Assembly: GCA_964523905.1 (NCBI GenBank)
Contig: CAZFYQ010000005.1
Location: 10,299-74,298 of the forward strand
DNA from: an uncultured Gammaproteobacteria bacterium
GTDB taxonomy: Bacteria > Patescibacteriota > Microgenomatia > Daviesbacterales > UBA10151
DNA: 64,000 bases
Direction: 5' to 3'
The notes beneath the pieces are model-generated. The model saw only the letters and a list, made by a program, of their open reading frames with translations. It was not told the DNA's origin and made no database searches. Below, piece after piece: positions 9,929 to 19,046 of the stretch. The first letter of the stretch is position 1; each line of letters opens with the position of its first letter. A program made the translations under genes and the position numbers.

Positions 9929-11545
9929 GTGTCTACTCTTTTCAAAAAACCTTTTTATATCTTAATTCTCACCGCTTTGGTTTTTGTAACTTATGTCAAC
10001 TCTTTAAATAACGTCTTTTTATCAGATGATTTAGCAGAGATTGTTAATAATCCTCATGTGACCGACCTGAGTTATCAAATCACCACTCACCCAACTGGTT
10101 TTATCAGGCCACTGATTTATTGGCTCTCTATTAGTATTGCCGGATTAAATCCGTTTTTAATTAGACTAACCAATATTTTATTCCATCTAGGTTCAGTTTG
10201 GCTGATTTTTGCGATTATTACTAAACTGCATCAGTCGAAAAAGTTGGCCTTTTTTGTGGCATCTTTGTTTGCAGTACATCCCGCATATGCTGAAGCAGTG
10301 GTGTGGATTTCCGGTGGCATGTATGCCCAATATGCCTTCTTTTTCCTGTTATCTTTTTGGTTTTACATTTACTCCCCTGCAAAAAAATATTATCTATTAT
10401 CTATTACCAGTTATCTATTATCCTTCATGTCCCATCCGGTCATGCCAGAAGCGCTTTGGCTGGTGTTCCCATTGTATGAGTTGGCATATGGTAATTTTAA
10501 GAAAAATTGGTTAAAGGCTTTACCGTTTTTAATTCTGGCTGTTTGCTATGTGTTTGTAAATTTCTCTGTTTTACCTGAGCGCGAAACTACTTTGCAAACC
10601 GTACACTATCAGGAAAAAGGCATTGATAACCCGTTTATGCTAATTCCGGTGGCCATTGGCTCCTACTTTGAGCTGTTGGTTTTCCCTAAAGATTTAACTT
10701 TATATCATTCTGAGCTCAATTTTGGCCCATTTGTATTTTCTATAATTGTGGCAATCACTTTAGCCTTTATCGGGGCCCTTTTTTGGGCTTTTAAGAAAAA
10801 CAAGCCGATATTCTTCTGGCTGAGCTTTTTCTGGCTGGCTTTGGCTCCGACCTTGACGCCATTTCGGCTGAACTGGATTGTGGCAGAACGATATTTATAT
10901 TTATCATCCATTGGCATTTTTGTGGCTGTGGGACTGGCTTTAGGTCCTTTATTAAAGAAAAAACAGTACCAGACTATTGCAACTGCGATTTTAGTGTTTA
11001 TTTTAATTGCGCTTTCCGTCCGAACTATTTTCCGCAATATTGACTGGGCTACTGAAGATAACCTGTGGATTGCCACTGGTAAAACCTCTCCATCTTCTCC
11101 TAATACACATAATAATCTGGGAGATGTTTACGGTAGACATGGTGATAAACAAGCTGCTTTACGCGAATTTCAAACAGCCATTGATTTAAAGCCGGACTAT
11201 GGTGATGCTTATCATAATTTGGCTAATACCTATAGAGAACTGGGTCAAATGGATAAAGCCTTAGAAAATTACCAAAATGCCATTAAATATAACCCCGGCC
11301 TTTGGCAGTCTTATCAAAATATAGCGGCCATCTACTTCCAAGCTAAAATGTATGATAAAGCCTTAGCCAACATCCAGCAGGCCATTAAAATTAATCCCAA
11401 TAATCTGAATTTAGTAGATAATTTAGGCTTGATTTATTTAACCATGGGTCAAAAAGATCAGGCCAAACAAGTTTTCCAAGCTGTCTTAAACGCCGCACCG
11501 CAAAACCAATTCGCCCAACAAGGCCTAACAGCAGCTTCCAAATGA
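9929..11545 (+). CDS. multi-TM GT-C-like protein with C-terminal TPRs (TMTC-like)
   Basis: FLSDD loop, FAVHP..EAVVWISG, AERYLYLSS, RNIDW..E..LW, then several TPRs. Confidence 0.82.
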   Translation: MSTLFKKPFYILILTALVFVTYVNSLNNVFLSDDLAEIVNNPHVTDLSYQITTHPTGFIRPLIYWLSISIAGLNPFLIRLTNILFHLGSVWLIFAIITKLHQSKKLAFFVASLFAVHPAYAEAVVWISGGMYAQYAFFFLLSFWFYIYSPAKKYYLLSITSYLLSFMSHPVMPEALWLVFPLYELAYGNFKKNWLKALPFLILAVCYVFVNFSVLPERETTLQTVHYQEKGIDNPFMLIPVAIGSYFELLVFPKDLTLYHSELNFGPFVFSIIVAITLAFIGALFWAFKKNKPIFFWLSFFWLALAPTLTPFRLNWIVAERYLYLSSIGIFVAVGLALGPLLKKKQYQTIATAILVFILIALSVRTIFRNIDWATEDNLWIATGKTSPSSPNTHNNLGDVYGRHGDKQAALREFQTAIDLKPDYGDAYHNLANTYRELGQMDKALENYQNAIKYNPGLWQSYQNIAAIYFQAKMYDKALANIQQAIKINPNNLNLVDNLGLIYLTMGQKDQAKQVFQAVLNAAPQNQFAQQGLTAASK

Positions 11546-11617
11546 GCCAACGGTGGGATACGAGCCCACGACCTATCCCTTACGAAGGGAGTGCTCTACC
11601 AGCTGAGCTACGTTGGC
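11545..11617 (-). tRNA. tRNA-Thr(CGT)
   Basis: Reverse complement GCCAACG TAGCTCAGCTGGTAGAGC A CTCCC-TTCGTAA-GGGAT ... GTGGG-CTCGTAT-CCCAC CGTTGGC. Confidence 0.9.
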
Positions 11618-11646
11618 AAGTTACAGTATTATAGTATAATTAGGGC

Positions 11647-11994
11647 ATGAATGACCTCACAAAACAACATTGTGAACCTTGTGAAGGAGGTACCAAGCCT
11701 TTTACTAAGGCTGAGGCCAATAAATATTTAACAGCTGTGGAAAACTGGGAGCTTTTAGCCACGCAAGGCGTTGCCTTGGAGCCTATGAAAATTCAGCGCA
11801 AATTTTCCTTTAAAAATTTCCAGGAAGCATTGGATTTTATTAATAAAGTAGGAAAACTGGCCGAATCCGAAGACCACCATCCTGATATAAACTTACATAA
11901 CTATAGAAAAGTAGATATTACTTTATCTACTCACGCTATTGATGGACTGTCTATTAACGACTTTGTAATGGCTGCCAGAATTAATCAGATTTAA
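11647..11994 (+). CDS. phhB: pterin-4-alpha-carbinolamine dehydratase
   Basis: CEPCEGG, FKNF, AESEDHHPDI, THAIDGLSINDFVMAARI. Confidence 0.92.
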   Translation: MNDLTKQHCEPCEGGTKPFTKAEANKYLTAVENWELLATQGVALEPMKIQRKFSFKNFQEALDFINKVGKLAESEDHHPDINLHNYRKVDITLSTHAIDGLSINDFVMAARINQI

Positions 11995-11998
11995 ATTA

Positions 11999-12547
11999 CT
12001 AACCCTGTTCATACACCCATCGGCGATATCGGTTTAATCCAGTAATTGCTGCAGCCACAGCCATAGCGGCTGAAACTGCACCAGCTGCATCAACCTGGAA
12101 ACCTCTTGTGAAACCTAAACTAGTACGTTCGCCTCTTACATCATCCTGAATTTCATTCAGTGCTTTTATCCGCATATCAGTATTATTAACTATTTTAAAA
12201 GCTAATTTTTGCTGCATAACTTCCTCAGGAAATTGAATCGTTACTTTTGTCCCCTGAGCTGTAGCTACTTCCTGACGGACAATGGACCTCATTGCTCCAG
12301 TTTCCATAGTGGATACTATAGATCTTGATTGAGTTACTTCTTCTCCGCTATAGCCCTGAGGAATCATATGTAAGTTTTCTCTCACCATTAATCTTTGCTG
12401 TATCTCACTATCCATTGCATTTTTATCTTGTTCAACTAATATCATTCCACCAATACCTAACCCTGCAATTAAAGCTAAACGCCCGCCAACAGAAGAAGCC
12501 ACATTTGCTACCCTTTTTACATAATTAACAGAATTTTCTACTAACAT
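11999..12547 (-). CDS. hypothetical membrane protein
   Basis: 182-aa ORF with two hydrophobic segments. Confidence 0.65.
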   Translation of the reverse strand: MLVENSVNYVKRVANVASSVGGRLALIAGLGIGGMILVEQDKNAMDSEIQQRLMVRENLHMIPQGYSGEEVTQSRSIVSTMETGAMRSIVRQEVATAQGTKVTIQFPEEVMQQKLAFKIVNNTDMRIKALNEIQDDVRGERTSLGFTRGFQVDAAGAVSAAMAVAAAITGLNRYRRWVYEQG

Positions 12548-12632
12548 ATGGGCCCAATATATTATTTATAGTGTTAATTGTCAATCATAAAGCTGATTTT
12601 GACGAACTAAGAAATAATAGTATAGTAGTTAT

Positions 12633-13526
12633 ATGGATGAGGGGGATATGGAACAAGAAAACTTGGTAGGAATACATCCTGATACATACCTTAGAGAACT
12701 TTACGGCAAAGCAGTTGATCCTGAAACCGGCGCTCACAATATGGGTATGGCCCATACCGCATTAGCAGAAGCCTACTTAGTAAAGCTCGAAGACTTTTGG
12801 AAAATACACCCTGAAGAAGCTCCTCAAATTGCCAAGGATCAGGTTAGCAAAGAATTGGAGGAATTGGTTAAACAAGGCAATGAGGAATCGTTTAAATTAG
12901 CCATATTTAAGGAGGGAGCCAGGGCCTTATTTGCGGAGTCAATTAAGGATGCTGATAACGTAATTATTGATACTGTTGGAAATGAGGAGCAGCAAGCACA
13001 GAAGCTTAAATATCTTAATCCGGCTGAACAGGCCACTCAAGAACTGATAGCCGGCGGGATGAGCCAAGAAGAGGCTACACTACTGGTACGTAAGAAGCTT
13101 GAGGTGCATATTCATGCCGCTAATAAACACCAGGTTATTGAGCAGGAAATCAAAATGTTTAAAGCATTAGGTTATCGAACTGTGTTACTAGCCGATGATA
13201 AAGGCGAAAATATTGCCAAATATCAGGAAATTGGCCGAGCCACCAATGATAATAACCCAGAACACCCATTTCAGGTGTTGGATTATTACGTTAATAACGA
13301 CCCTAAGCAAACAGAAGGAGATATTAATCATTTTGGACAGTTTATGCGGGATGAAATCAAAAGAACTCATGAACAAGGCGGTAAAGTAGCCGTGATCTGG
13401 GACTGGGATGATACGCTTTATGATGAGTCTAAGCGCGTCGCAATTGCCCACCAGATCACTGAAAGATTAATTAATCAAAGATACATCAAAATCGCCTCAG
13501 TTCCTTCCCTACCCGTAGCTGCTTAA
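12633..13526 (+). CDS. HAD-like protein with motifs in permuted order
   Basis: DTVG..QQAQKL, NK and LADDK precede VIWDWDDTLYD; TTGACG...TATAGT promoter just upstream. Confidence 0.65.
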   Translation: MDEGDMEQENLVGIHPDTYLRELYGKAVDPETGAHNMGMAHTALAEAYLVKLEDFWKIHPEEAPQIAKDQVSKELEELVKQGNEESFKLAIFKEGARALFAESIKDADNVIIDTVGNEEQQAQKLKYLNPAEQATQELIAGGMSQEEATLLVRKKLEVHIHAANKHQVIEQEIKMFKALGYRTVLLADDKGENIAKYQEIGRATNDNNPEHPFQVLDYYVNNDPKQTEGDINHFGQFMRDEIKRTHEQGGKVAVIWDWDDTLYDESKRVAIAHQITERLINQRYIKIASVPSLPVAA

Positions 13527-13603
13527 TTTTTCTTAATATAACTGCTATAGTGAAATTGTGGCAGAAGCAACATCAACAGGCTAAGCATAACTAGCTAGCC
13601 AAC

Positions 13604-14323
13604 CTAGGGATGATAAGTTACTTTACGCTGGATGTCTGTAGAATTACCGGCTGCATCAGTGGCCTGGATATCAACCGTATTATCTCCTTCATTAATATCA
13701 ATGGTGGTAGAAAAACCACCATCACTACCAAGCACTACTTGGCTACCATTTACTAAGACTTGGATTCCTGGTTCGGTTTTTCCCGAAACCTGAACCTTTT
13801 TATCACCACCCTGGATAGTTTTATTATCTTCCGGTGAATCCACTGATAAATCCGGTTTTTGGTTATCATAAGTAACAGCATATGTTTTGGAAGGTAAACT
13901 GAGCTGGTTTTTATCATCAACAGTTTTAGCGAAAATATTATTAGTCCCTAAACTTAAAGAGATATCATTAAAAATAAACGAGCCGTCATCTCCGGCTTTT
14001 TCTGTGCCTTTTAGGTCATCATCAATATATAAATTAACTTTAGAATCCGCGGTGGCATAGCCGGAAATAGTAATCTGAGCTGTATTTGTAGCCTCAAAAG
14101 GAATACTTAAAATTGGTGGAGCTAAGGTCGGATTTTCCGCCGCTGATTGGACAGGAGCTGATTTGTGTCCAAAGTTTTTAAAAAAACCTACTCCGTTAAT
14201 TAAAAAGGGTAATACCCAGGTAAAAGCCACATATAATAAGACCAGAATTATTACAATGGTAGCAATAAAATTATAACGGGTTTTACGAGCCAATCTTCTG
14301 TTTGAACGCGTCTGATAAGCCAT
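13604..14323 (-). CDS. membrane-anchored protein with bacterial Ig-like domains
   Basis: N-terminal TM; ITISGYA...GTNNIFAK and VSGKTEPG...EGDNTVDIQATDAAGN. Confidence 0.8.
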   Translation of the reverse strand: MAYQTRSNRRLARKTRYNFIATIVIILVLLYVAFTWVLPFLINGVGFFKNFGHKSAPVQSAAENPTLAPPILSIPFEATNTAQITISGYATADSKVNLYIDDDLKGTEKAGDDGSFIFNDISLSLGTNNIFAKTVDDKNQLSLPSKTYAVTYDNQKPDLSVDSPEDNKTIQGGDKKVQVSGKTEPGIQVLVNGSQVVLGSDGGFSTTIDINEGDNTVDIQATDAAGNSTDIQRKVTYHP

Positions 14324-14466
14324 GCTTTGTTGTCACATCAAACCTATTCCTGTGACAAGAAATTGTTTTTGATACCTCGCAGCTCCTTTTCTGTGGGGTA
14401 TTTCAATACATTATATCCTAGTAGTAAAATAGATGTCGCTAGTTTACTTCTGGTGATTAGCGAGAA

Positions 14467-14660
14467 GCGGTGGTAATTTCCGACAAAAGCTAGACAATTT
14501 GCCGGACCTGCCAAAATATAGAATTTTTGGCAGGCAGTGGTAGAATGCCTCCTTCCTCCACTAAAAGCCCGCCCATGGCGGGACATTTTAGTGGACCCAC
14601 CAAAATACCTGCCCGCAATTGCTATGCGTTGCAGGCGGGCGAAGTTTTTGGTGGGCAAGG
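14467..14660 (+). pseudogene. relic 5' part of tRNA-Gly(CCC) interrupted by two double-hairpin inserts
   Basis: Removing 14479-14534 and 14557-14655 gives GCGGTGG TA ATTC AGTGGTA GAAT G CCTCC TTCCCAA GG; middle segment matches the downstream tRNA-Gly at 21/22 nt. Confidence 0.75.
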
Positions 14661-14675
14661 TGATAAGCTAAAAAT

Positions 14676-14954
14676 ATGATGTATTTTACTTATGTACTTT
14701 TGTGCGAAAATAGCAAAACTGGTAAAAAGAATTTTTATATTGGTTGGACAGAAAATCTCGAAGAGCGCTTAGAAGATCATCGATCAAAAAGCACGCCAAC
14801 TACAAAACAATTTGATAAAATAGCGCTGGTTTATTATGAAGCAAGTTTATCTAAAACAGATGCTATCAGCAGAGAGAGGCAGCTCAAGACAGGTTTTGGT
14901 AGAGGCTATATTAAGCGAAGAATCGAAAGTTATTTAAAAGATTTGCGGGTGTAG
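14676..14954 (+). CDS. small GIY-YIG nuclease
   Basis: FTYVL...FYIGWTENLEERLEDH...LVYYEA...DAISRERQLKTG. Confidence 0.92.
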   Translation: MMYFTYVLLCENSKTGKKNFYIGWTENLEERLEDHRSKSTPTTKQFDKIALVYYEASLSKTDAISRERQLKTGFGRGYIKRRIESYLKDLRV

Positions 14955-15016
14955 TACAGTGGTAGTATGCCTCCTTCCCAAGGAGGAGATCGCCGGTTCG
15001 AGCCCGGTCACCCGCT
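14945..15016 (+). tRNA. tRNA-Gly(CCC)
   Basis: GCGGGTG/CACCCGC acceptor, CCTCC-TTCCCAA-GGAGG, GGTTCGAGCCC; first 10 nt overlap the GIY-YIG ORF end. Confidence 0.95.
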
Positions 15017-15030
15017 CTAAAGCCTATAGT

Positions 15031-15059
15031 TTGACAAGGAACGAGCTATTTAGTATAAT
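15031..15059 (+). promoter_or_regulatory. consensus sigma70 promoter
   Basis: TTGACA-17 nt-TATAAT ending 6 nt before the ATG at 15066. Confidence 0.8.
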
Positions 15060-15065
15060 CTCTCC

Positions 15066-15860
15066 ATGACAAAAGAAGGATTTGAGCCTATATTTCATGG
15101 AAAAATGGAAGCTGTCGCGCAACTTTCTGATCTGGAATTCCAGGAATATGCCCTTGAGAAGAGTCTCTTACTCCCTAGTGCATTAAGGGAAAAAGCAGCA
15201 GCATTTATCCATAACCTAGGTTTGGGTTTACTAGTTTTACCATCCAGGGTGATTTACATTCCAATATCACACGGCCCATTAAATTCACCTGATGAGCATA
15301 AAACTAAAATTGCAGTAGCTAAAGTTTTGGGCAGAACCGTCGGAAATAGCTTGATTGCGAATGGAGAATCCGTAAGTAAAGTACAAAGCCAGCAAGGTAT
15401 TAGAAGAAGTCATCTACGTTTTTTTAGAGAAATGACTAAATGGGGGTTAACTACTAATATCAAAAGTCAACAAAAAACTTTAAGCGGCTTTGAGATGGCT
15501 ATTACTGAATATTTGGCAGAACATCAACACATAAAAGGTGTTGGGGTTGATTCTTTTGATGGAAATATTGTGAGTACTGCAGTCATGAGCCAAGCTTTAG
15601 AATCCGACAGATTTAATATGGAACAAAATTTGGACTTAATTGCTACCTTTGCTGCTGAAGCGAGAACGCGCAATGCGTTAAATAGAGCCACAGTTTATTT
15701 AGATACAAACCAAGAGCTTATTTTTTTCCAGGGATCACTACATCAAAATGGTGTTACTGAGTGGTGTAAGAGGCATACTGTACCATACCAGATACTTACA
15801 CCTGAAACAGAAGAGGTAGAGGATTCATCAATAATACCAGTTGAAAAGCCGGTAGTTTAG
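15066..15860 (+). CDS. hypothetical protein
   Basis: 264-aa ORF with its own consensus promoter, just after tRNA-Gly. Confidence 0.75.
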   Translation: MTKEGFEPIFHGKMEAVAQLSDLEFQEYALEKSLLLPSALREKAAAFIHNLGLGLLVLPSRVIYIPISHGPLNSPDEHKTKIAVAKVLGRTVGNSLIANGESVSKVQSQQGIRRSHLRFFREMTKWGLTTNIKSQQKTLSGFEMAITEYLAEHQHIKGVGVDSFDGNIVSTAVMSQALESDRFNMEQNLDLIATFAAEARTRNALNRATVYLDTNQELIFFQGSLHQNGVTEWCKRHTVPYQILTPETEEVEDSSIIPVEKPVV

Positions 15861-15864
15861 GTTT

Positions 15865-16920
15865 TTAAGAAACCCAGTAGCCGTTGGTAAATAATATGGT
15901 AAATGCTGACAGAAGCATTAAACTGATCATCTGATAAAAGAAATTTATTTTCTCGTTTTTGATTTGGGCCAGCAGGATAAAAATTGGAAAGACCGGTAAG
16001 ATAAACCGTGGCATTGATATCAAAGAAGTTGTCAGAAGTGGAATAAGCAGGGTTCCTAAACTATAAATACTTAAAAATCCCGGCAAAAAGCGAAAACTGC
16101 GAATGGCAAATCCCAGCCCAAAAATTGCAAAAAGCAGATCCAGTAAAACATTAAAATCAATGTTAACTCCGCTACTGGTTAAGCTTTTAATACTGTCCCA
16201 AAAGCTAAGACCCGGAATAGTTAAGGCTCTTTGCCAATGCTGTTCAGCAGTAAAAAAATAAAACGGGTCCCCTGTTTGATGAAATAAATAAACACAGTAA
16301 ATTACCAGCCCGATTGGCGATAGCAATACTACCCAATTTTTGCGATTAACTCCGGTTATTAAAACTTCCACAATCAAACTAATTGCTACAATAATTCCGA
16401 CCAATCTGGTAGCAGAAGCTAAGGCAGCAAAAATAGTAGCCCAACCAAATTTTTTATTTTGCCAAAAAGAAAAGGTTAAAACTGCCAACAAAAAAAATAA
16501 GCCCTCAGAATATGCAGTTAAAAAGAAAAAAGAAGTTGGAAAAAAAAGCAATGCCAGTATAGTTTTCTCGGCAATTTTTTTGTCAAACAATTTATTAACT
16601 AAACCGTATAAAAAATGCAATCCCAGAAAAAAAGATCCTCCGCTAATTAAAATTGCTGACAATAGATAATTATTTGTTACTAATGATAAGAATCTGATTA
16701 ACAAAGGATACAAAGGAAAAAAAGCATACTGAAAATTCTGTGAATAACCATTTTTTGCTATCCCTAAAAAATGGCCGCCGTCCCAATTTCCTAGATTGGT
16801 TAAAAAGTCTGTAGAAAATTTACCGGAATGAGGAAATTGCATAAACCCAAAATACGAGATAAAAAAAATCGATATTGCCCATATGCAAAAATAGAAGGTG
16901 ATACTAGAATATAATTTCAT
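15865..16920 (-). CDS. PIG-V/mannosyltransferase-like GT-C membrane protein
   Basis: NWDGGHFLGIAKNGY, YAFFPLYP, AYSEGLF, SMPRF. Confidence 0.82.
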   Translation of the reverse strand: MKLYSSITFYFCIWAISIFFISYFGFMQFPHSGKFSTDFLTNLGNWDGGHFLGIAKNGYSQNFQYAFFPLYPLLIRFLSLVTNNYLLSAILISGGSFFLGLHFLYGLVNKLFDKKIAEKTILALLFFPTSFFFLTAYSEGLFFLLAVLTFSFWQNKKFGWATIFAALASATRLVGIIVAISLIVEVLITGVNRKNWVVLLSPIGLVIYCVYLFHQTGDPFYFFTAEQHWQRALTIPGLSFWDSIKSLTSSGVNIDFNVLLDLLFAIFGLGFAIRSFRFLPGFLSIYSLGTLLIPLLTTSLISMPRFILPVFPIFILLAQIKNEKINFFYQMISLMLLSAFTILFTNGYWVS

Positions 16921-18064
16921 GAACTTTTCTGTTTTGATTCTAACACTGGCCATAATTTGCGGTCAATTAATTAGGGTTCCACTTGGACAATCCGGTTACT
17001 TAAATCTGCTGGATGTGACAGTTGGCATACTGGACCTTTGGGCTTTATTTCAAATCAAATTTAAGTTTAAAAAGCCACCGCTTTTTTTAAATTTTGCTTT
17101 TTTGTTTATTGCTGTCGCCGTTATTTCTTTAATATTTACTCCATTACACTTACAATCTAATCAGTATTTAACCAGCTTTTTTTATACTGTTAGATTTTCT
17201 ATCTATATTTTACTTGCTTGGCTACTGTTATTAGGTGCTTTACCGGATTTAAGAAAAAATATTAGTCCCCTGCTTACTGTTAGCGGAATTATCTTGGCAG
17301 TTTTGGGCTTGCTGCAATTTATTTTTATACCGGATTTAAGATTTTTGCAGAACTTTAGCTGGGATCCACATTACTTCCGGACTGTGTCCACATTTTTAGA
17401 TCCCAACTTTATCGGCGCCTTTTTTGTCTTAACCCTTTTGTCATTACAGAGATTGCCGCGTCCTCGCCGATGGCTCGTCCTCGCAATGACGATTACCTAT
17501 CTGGCTTTACTAACTACTTTTTCCCGCTCCAGTTATTTAATGTTTTTAGTTTCCGGTATTACTTTAGCTTTTTTAAACCGCTCCAAAACTCTACTTTTTA
17601 AAACTCTGACTGGATTTATCATTTTACTGTTGGGATTTTGGTTCTATGTCCAGCTGGTAACCCAGCCACATAATATTGATAGGACTCAATCTGCGGCTTT
17701 TCGTTTAACCACCTGGCAACAAGGTCTAGATTTATTTAGCAAAAATCCCTTTTTGGGAGTTGGCTATAATGCATATCGTTTTGGCATTGAACAATATAAT
17801 TTGGGTAATGAGCAGTTTGTGGAAAGTCATGGTTCTACTTCCAATGATTCATCTTTACTGTCAGTACTGTCCACTACTGGTATCCTTGGACTGATTGCTT
17901 TTGGAGCCTGGTTGTTTTTCTCAGTTAAATATTCACGGGGGGGGAATTTAATTCTGATTTCCGGTATTGTCGGATTATTAATCCACAGTTTTTTTGCTAA
18001 TAGCTTATTTTATCCACCAATATTACTTTGGATAATTCTTAATTCCGTAATCCCCAAAACGTAA
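16919..18064 (+). CDS. O-antigen ligase/polymerase family protein
   Basis: RTVSTFLDPN, TFSRSS, RLTTWQQG, PFLGVGYN; many TM helices. Confidence 0.85.
   Translation: MNFSVLILTLAIICGQLIRVPLGQSGYLNLLDVTVGILDLWALFQIKFKFKKPPLFLNFAFLFIAVAVISLIFTPLHLQSNQYLTSFFYTVRFSIYILLAWLLLLGALPDLRKNISPLLTVSGIILAVLGLLQFIFIPDLRFLQNFSWDPHYFRTVSTFLDPNFIGAFFVLTLLSLQRLPRPRRWLVLAMTITYLALLTTFSRSSYLMFLVSGITLAFLNRSKTLLFKTLTGFIILLLGFWFYVQLVTQPHNIDRTQSAAFRLTTWQQGLDLFSKNPFLGVGYNAYRFGIEQYNLGNEQFVESHGSTSNDSSLLSVLSTTGILGLIAFGAWLFFSVKYSRGGNLILISGIVGLLIHSFFANSLFYPPILLWIILNSVIPKT
17440..17490. repeat. GTCATT...AATGAC palindromic element (51 bp) in frame within the ligase gene
   Basis: GTCATTACAGAGATTGCCGCGTCCTCGCCGATGGCTCGTCCTCGCAATGAC, encoding SLQRLPRPRRWLVLAMT; GC-rich island in an AT-rich gene. 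Confidence 0.75.
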
Positions 18065-19046
18065 TTGGCTTTGGTTTTAGAAAGCTTTCCAGATATTCAT
18101 TACTAACCCGTCGGCTTCTTTGTATTTGAGATCTTTTACTTAGCAACCTGGGTAAATTCCAAAGCAACCACAGTTTGGTTAAAATAGGTGGCCAAATAAA
18201 ACCGTTTTTTAATTGATAAAAAACAGTATTGTAATAAACCAAGATAATTTTTAGCCAGCGCCAGTCTTTCAGTAAAACTCCGGATGGAAAATCTTTAATA
18301 ATTGTTGCCATCATATTGCGAAACTGCCAGTACTCAACATGTTGCGGCAATTTTTTAGACGTAGCTTTATGTTTATGAAAAACAACTGCCTTGGGACAGT
18401 ATATTGATTTCCACTCGGCAAACTGCGCCCGAAAAGCTAAATCAACTTCCTCAGAATACATAAAAAAACTGGCGTCAAACATACCAAGTTCAATAAACTC
18501 TTCTCGTCTAAATAATGAGGCTCCCCCTGTGGCTCCGAATATGTATGCTTCTTTTTCATAAAGACCAGTGTCTTTTTCATTCCAACCAATTGAACGAGCT
18601 TGTCCAACCTCATTGATTTGTATTCCTACCCCATCAATTAGCTTTTTATCATAAAAATTTAACAGCTTTGGGTTAACTGAAAAAACTTCAGGGTGTTTAT
18701 CAGCACATTCAACAAGACATTTCAGCCAGTTTTTATCAACCGCTGTATCATTATTTAAAAACACCACATAATTGGCGCGAGATTTTTTAACTCCAGAATT
18801 AATTCCCCCGGCAAAGCCGAGGTTTTTTTTATTTTCAACTATTTTAATCGCCACGTCATTACGAGGCCACAAAGTGGCCGTGGCAATCTTTCTTACATAA
18901 TCCACTGACCCATCCGTCGAAGCATTATCGACTAGAATTATTTCGAAATCTTTAAAAGTTTGTTTAGACAGGGAATCAAAACAGTCTGGCAAAAGTTCTT
19001 TACCATTCCAGTTAGGAATAATTACTGAGGCCTTAACGACTGCCAT
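18039..19046 (-). CDS. family 2 glycosyltransferase
   Basis: VIIPNWNG, VDNASTDGS, NLGFAGG, LNND, FMYSEEVDL. Confidence 0.93.
   Translation of the reverse strand: MAVVKASVIIPNWNGKELLPDCFDSLSKQTFKDFEIILVDNASTDGSVDYVRKIATATLWPRNDVAIKIVENKKNLGFAGGINSGVKKSRANYVVFLNNDTAVDKNWLKCLVECADKHPEVFSVNPKLLNFYDKKLIDGVGIQINEVGQARSIGWNEKDTGLYEKEAYIFGATGGASLFRREEFIELGMFDASFFMYSEEVDLAFRAQFAEWKSIYCPKAVVFHKHKATSKKLPQHVEYWQFRNMMATIIKDFPSGVLLKDWRWLKIILVYYNTVFYQLKNGFIWPPILTKLWLLWNLPRLLSKRSQIQRSRRVSNEYLESFLKPKPITFWGLRN
18854..18889. repeat. half GTCA-tagged palindromic element in frame within GT2
   Basis: CGTCATTACGAGGCCACAAAGTGGCCGTGGCAATCT, encoding KIATATLWPRND; its reverse complement resembles AGATTGCC...CCTCGCAATGAC at 17450-17490. 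Confidence 0.75.

Noticed and set aside
13546-13584. TATAGT box followed by an 8-codon GTG frame
   Set aside because: Too short to distinguish from chance
14344-14658. 104-aa minus-strand ORF
   Set aside because: It runs across GC-rich hairpins and the tRNA relic and has no protein features; the DNA structure explains it
14467-15016. One spliced tRNA made from the relic 5' end and the downstream 3' end, with GIY-YIG as a group I intron ORF
   Set aside because: Relic acceptor GCGGTGG mispairs at two positions with CACCCGC, the downstream tRNA is already complete, and no group I core is visible
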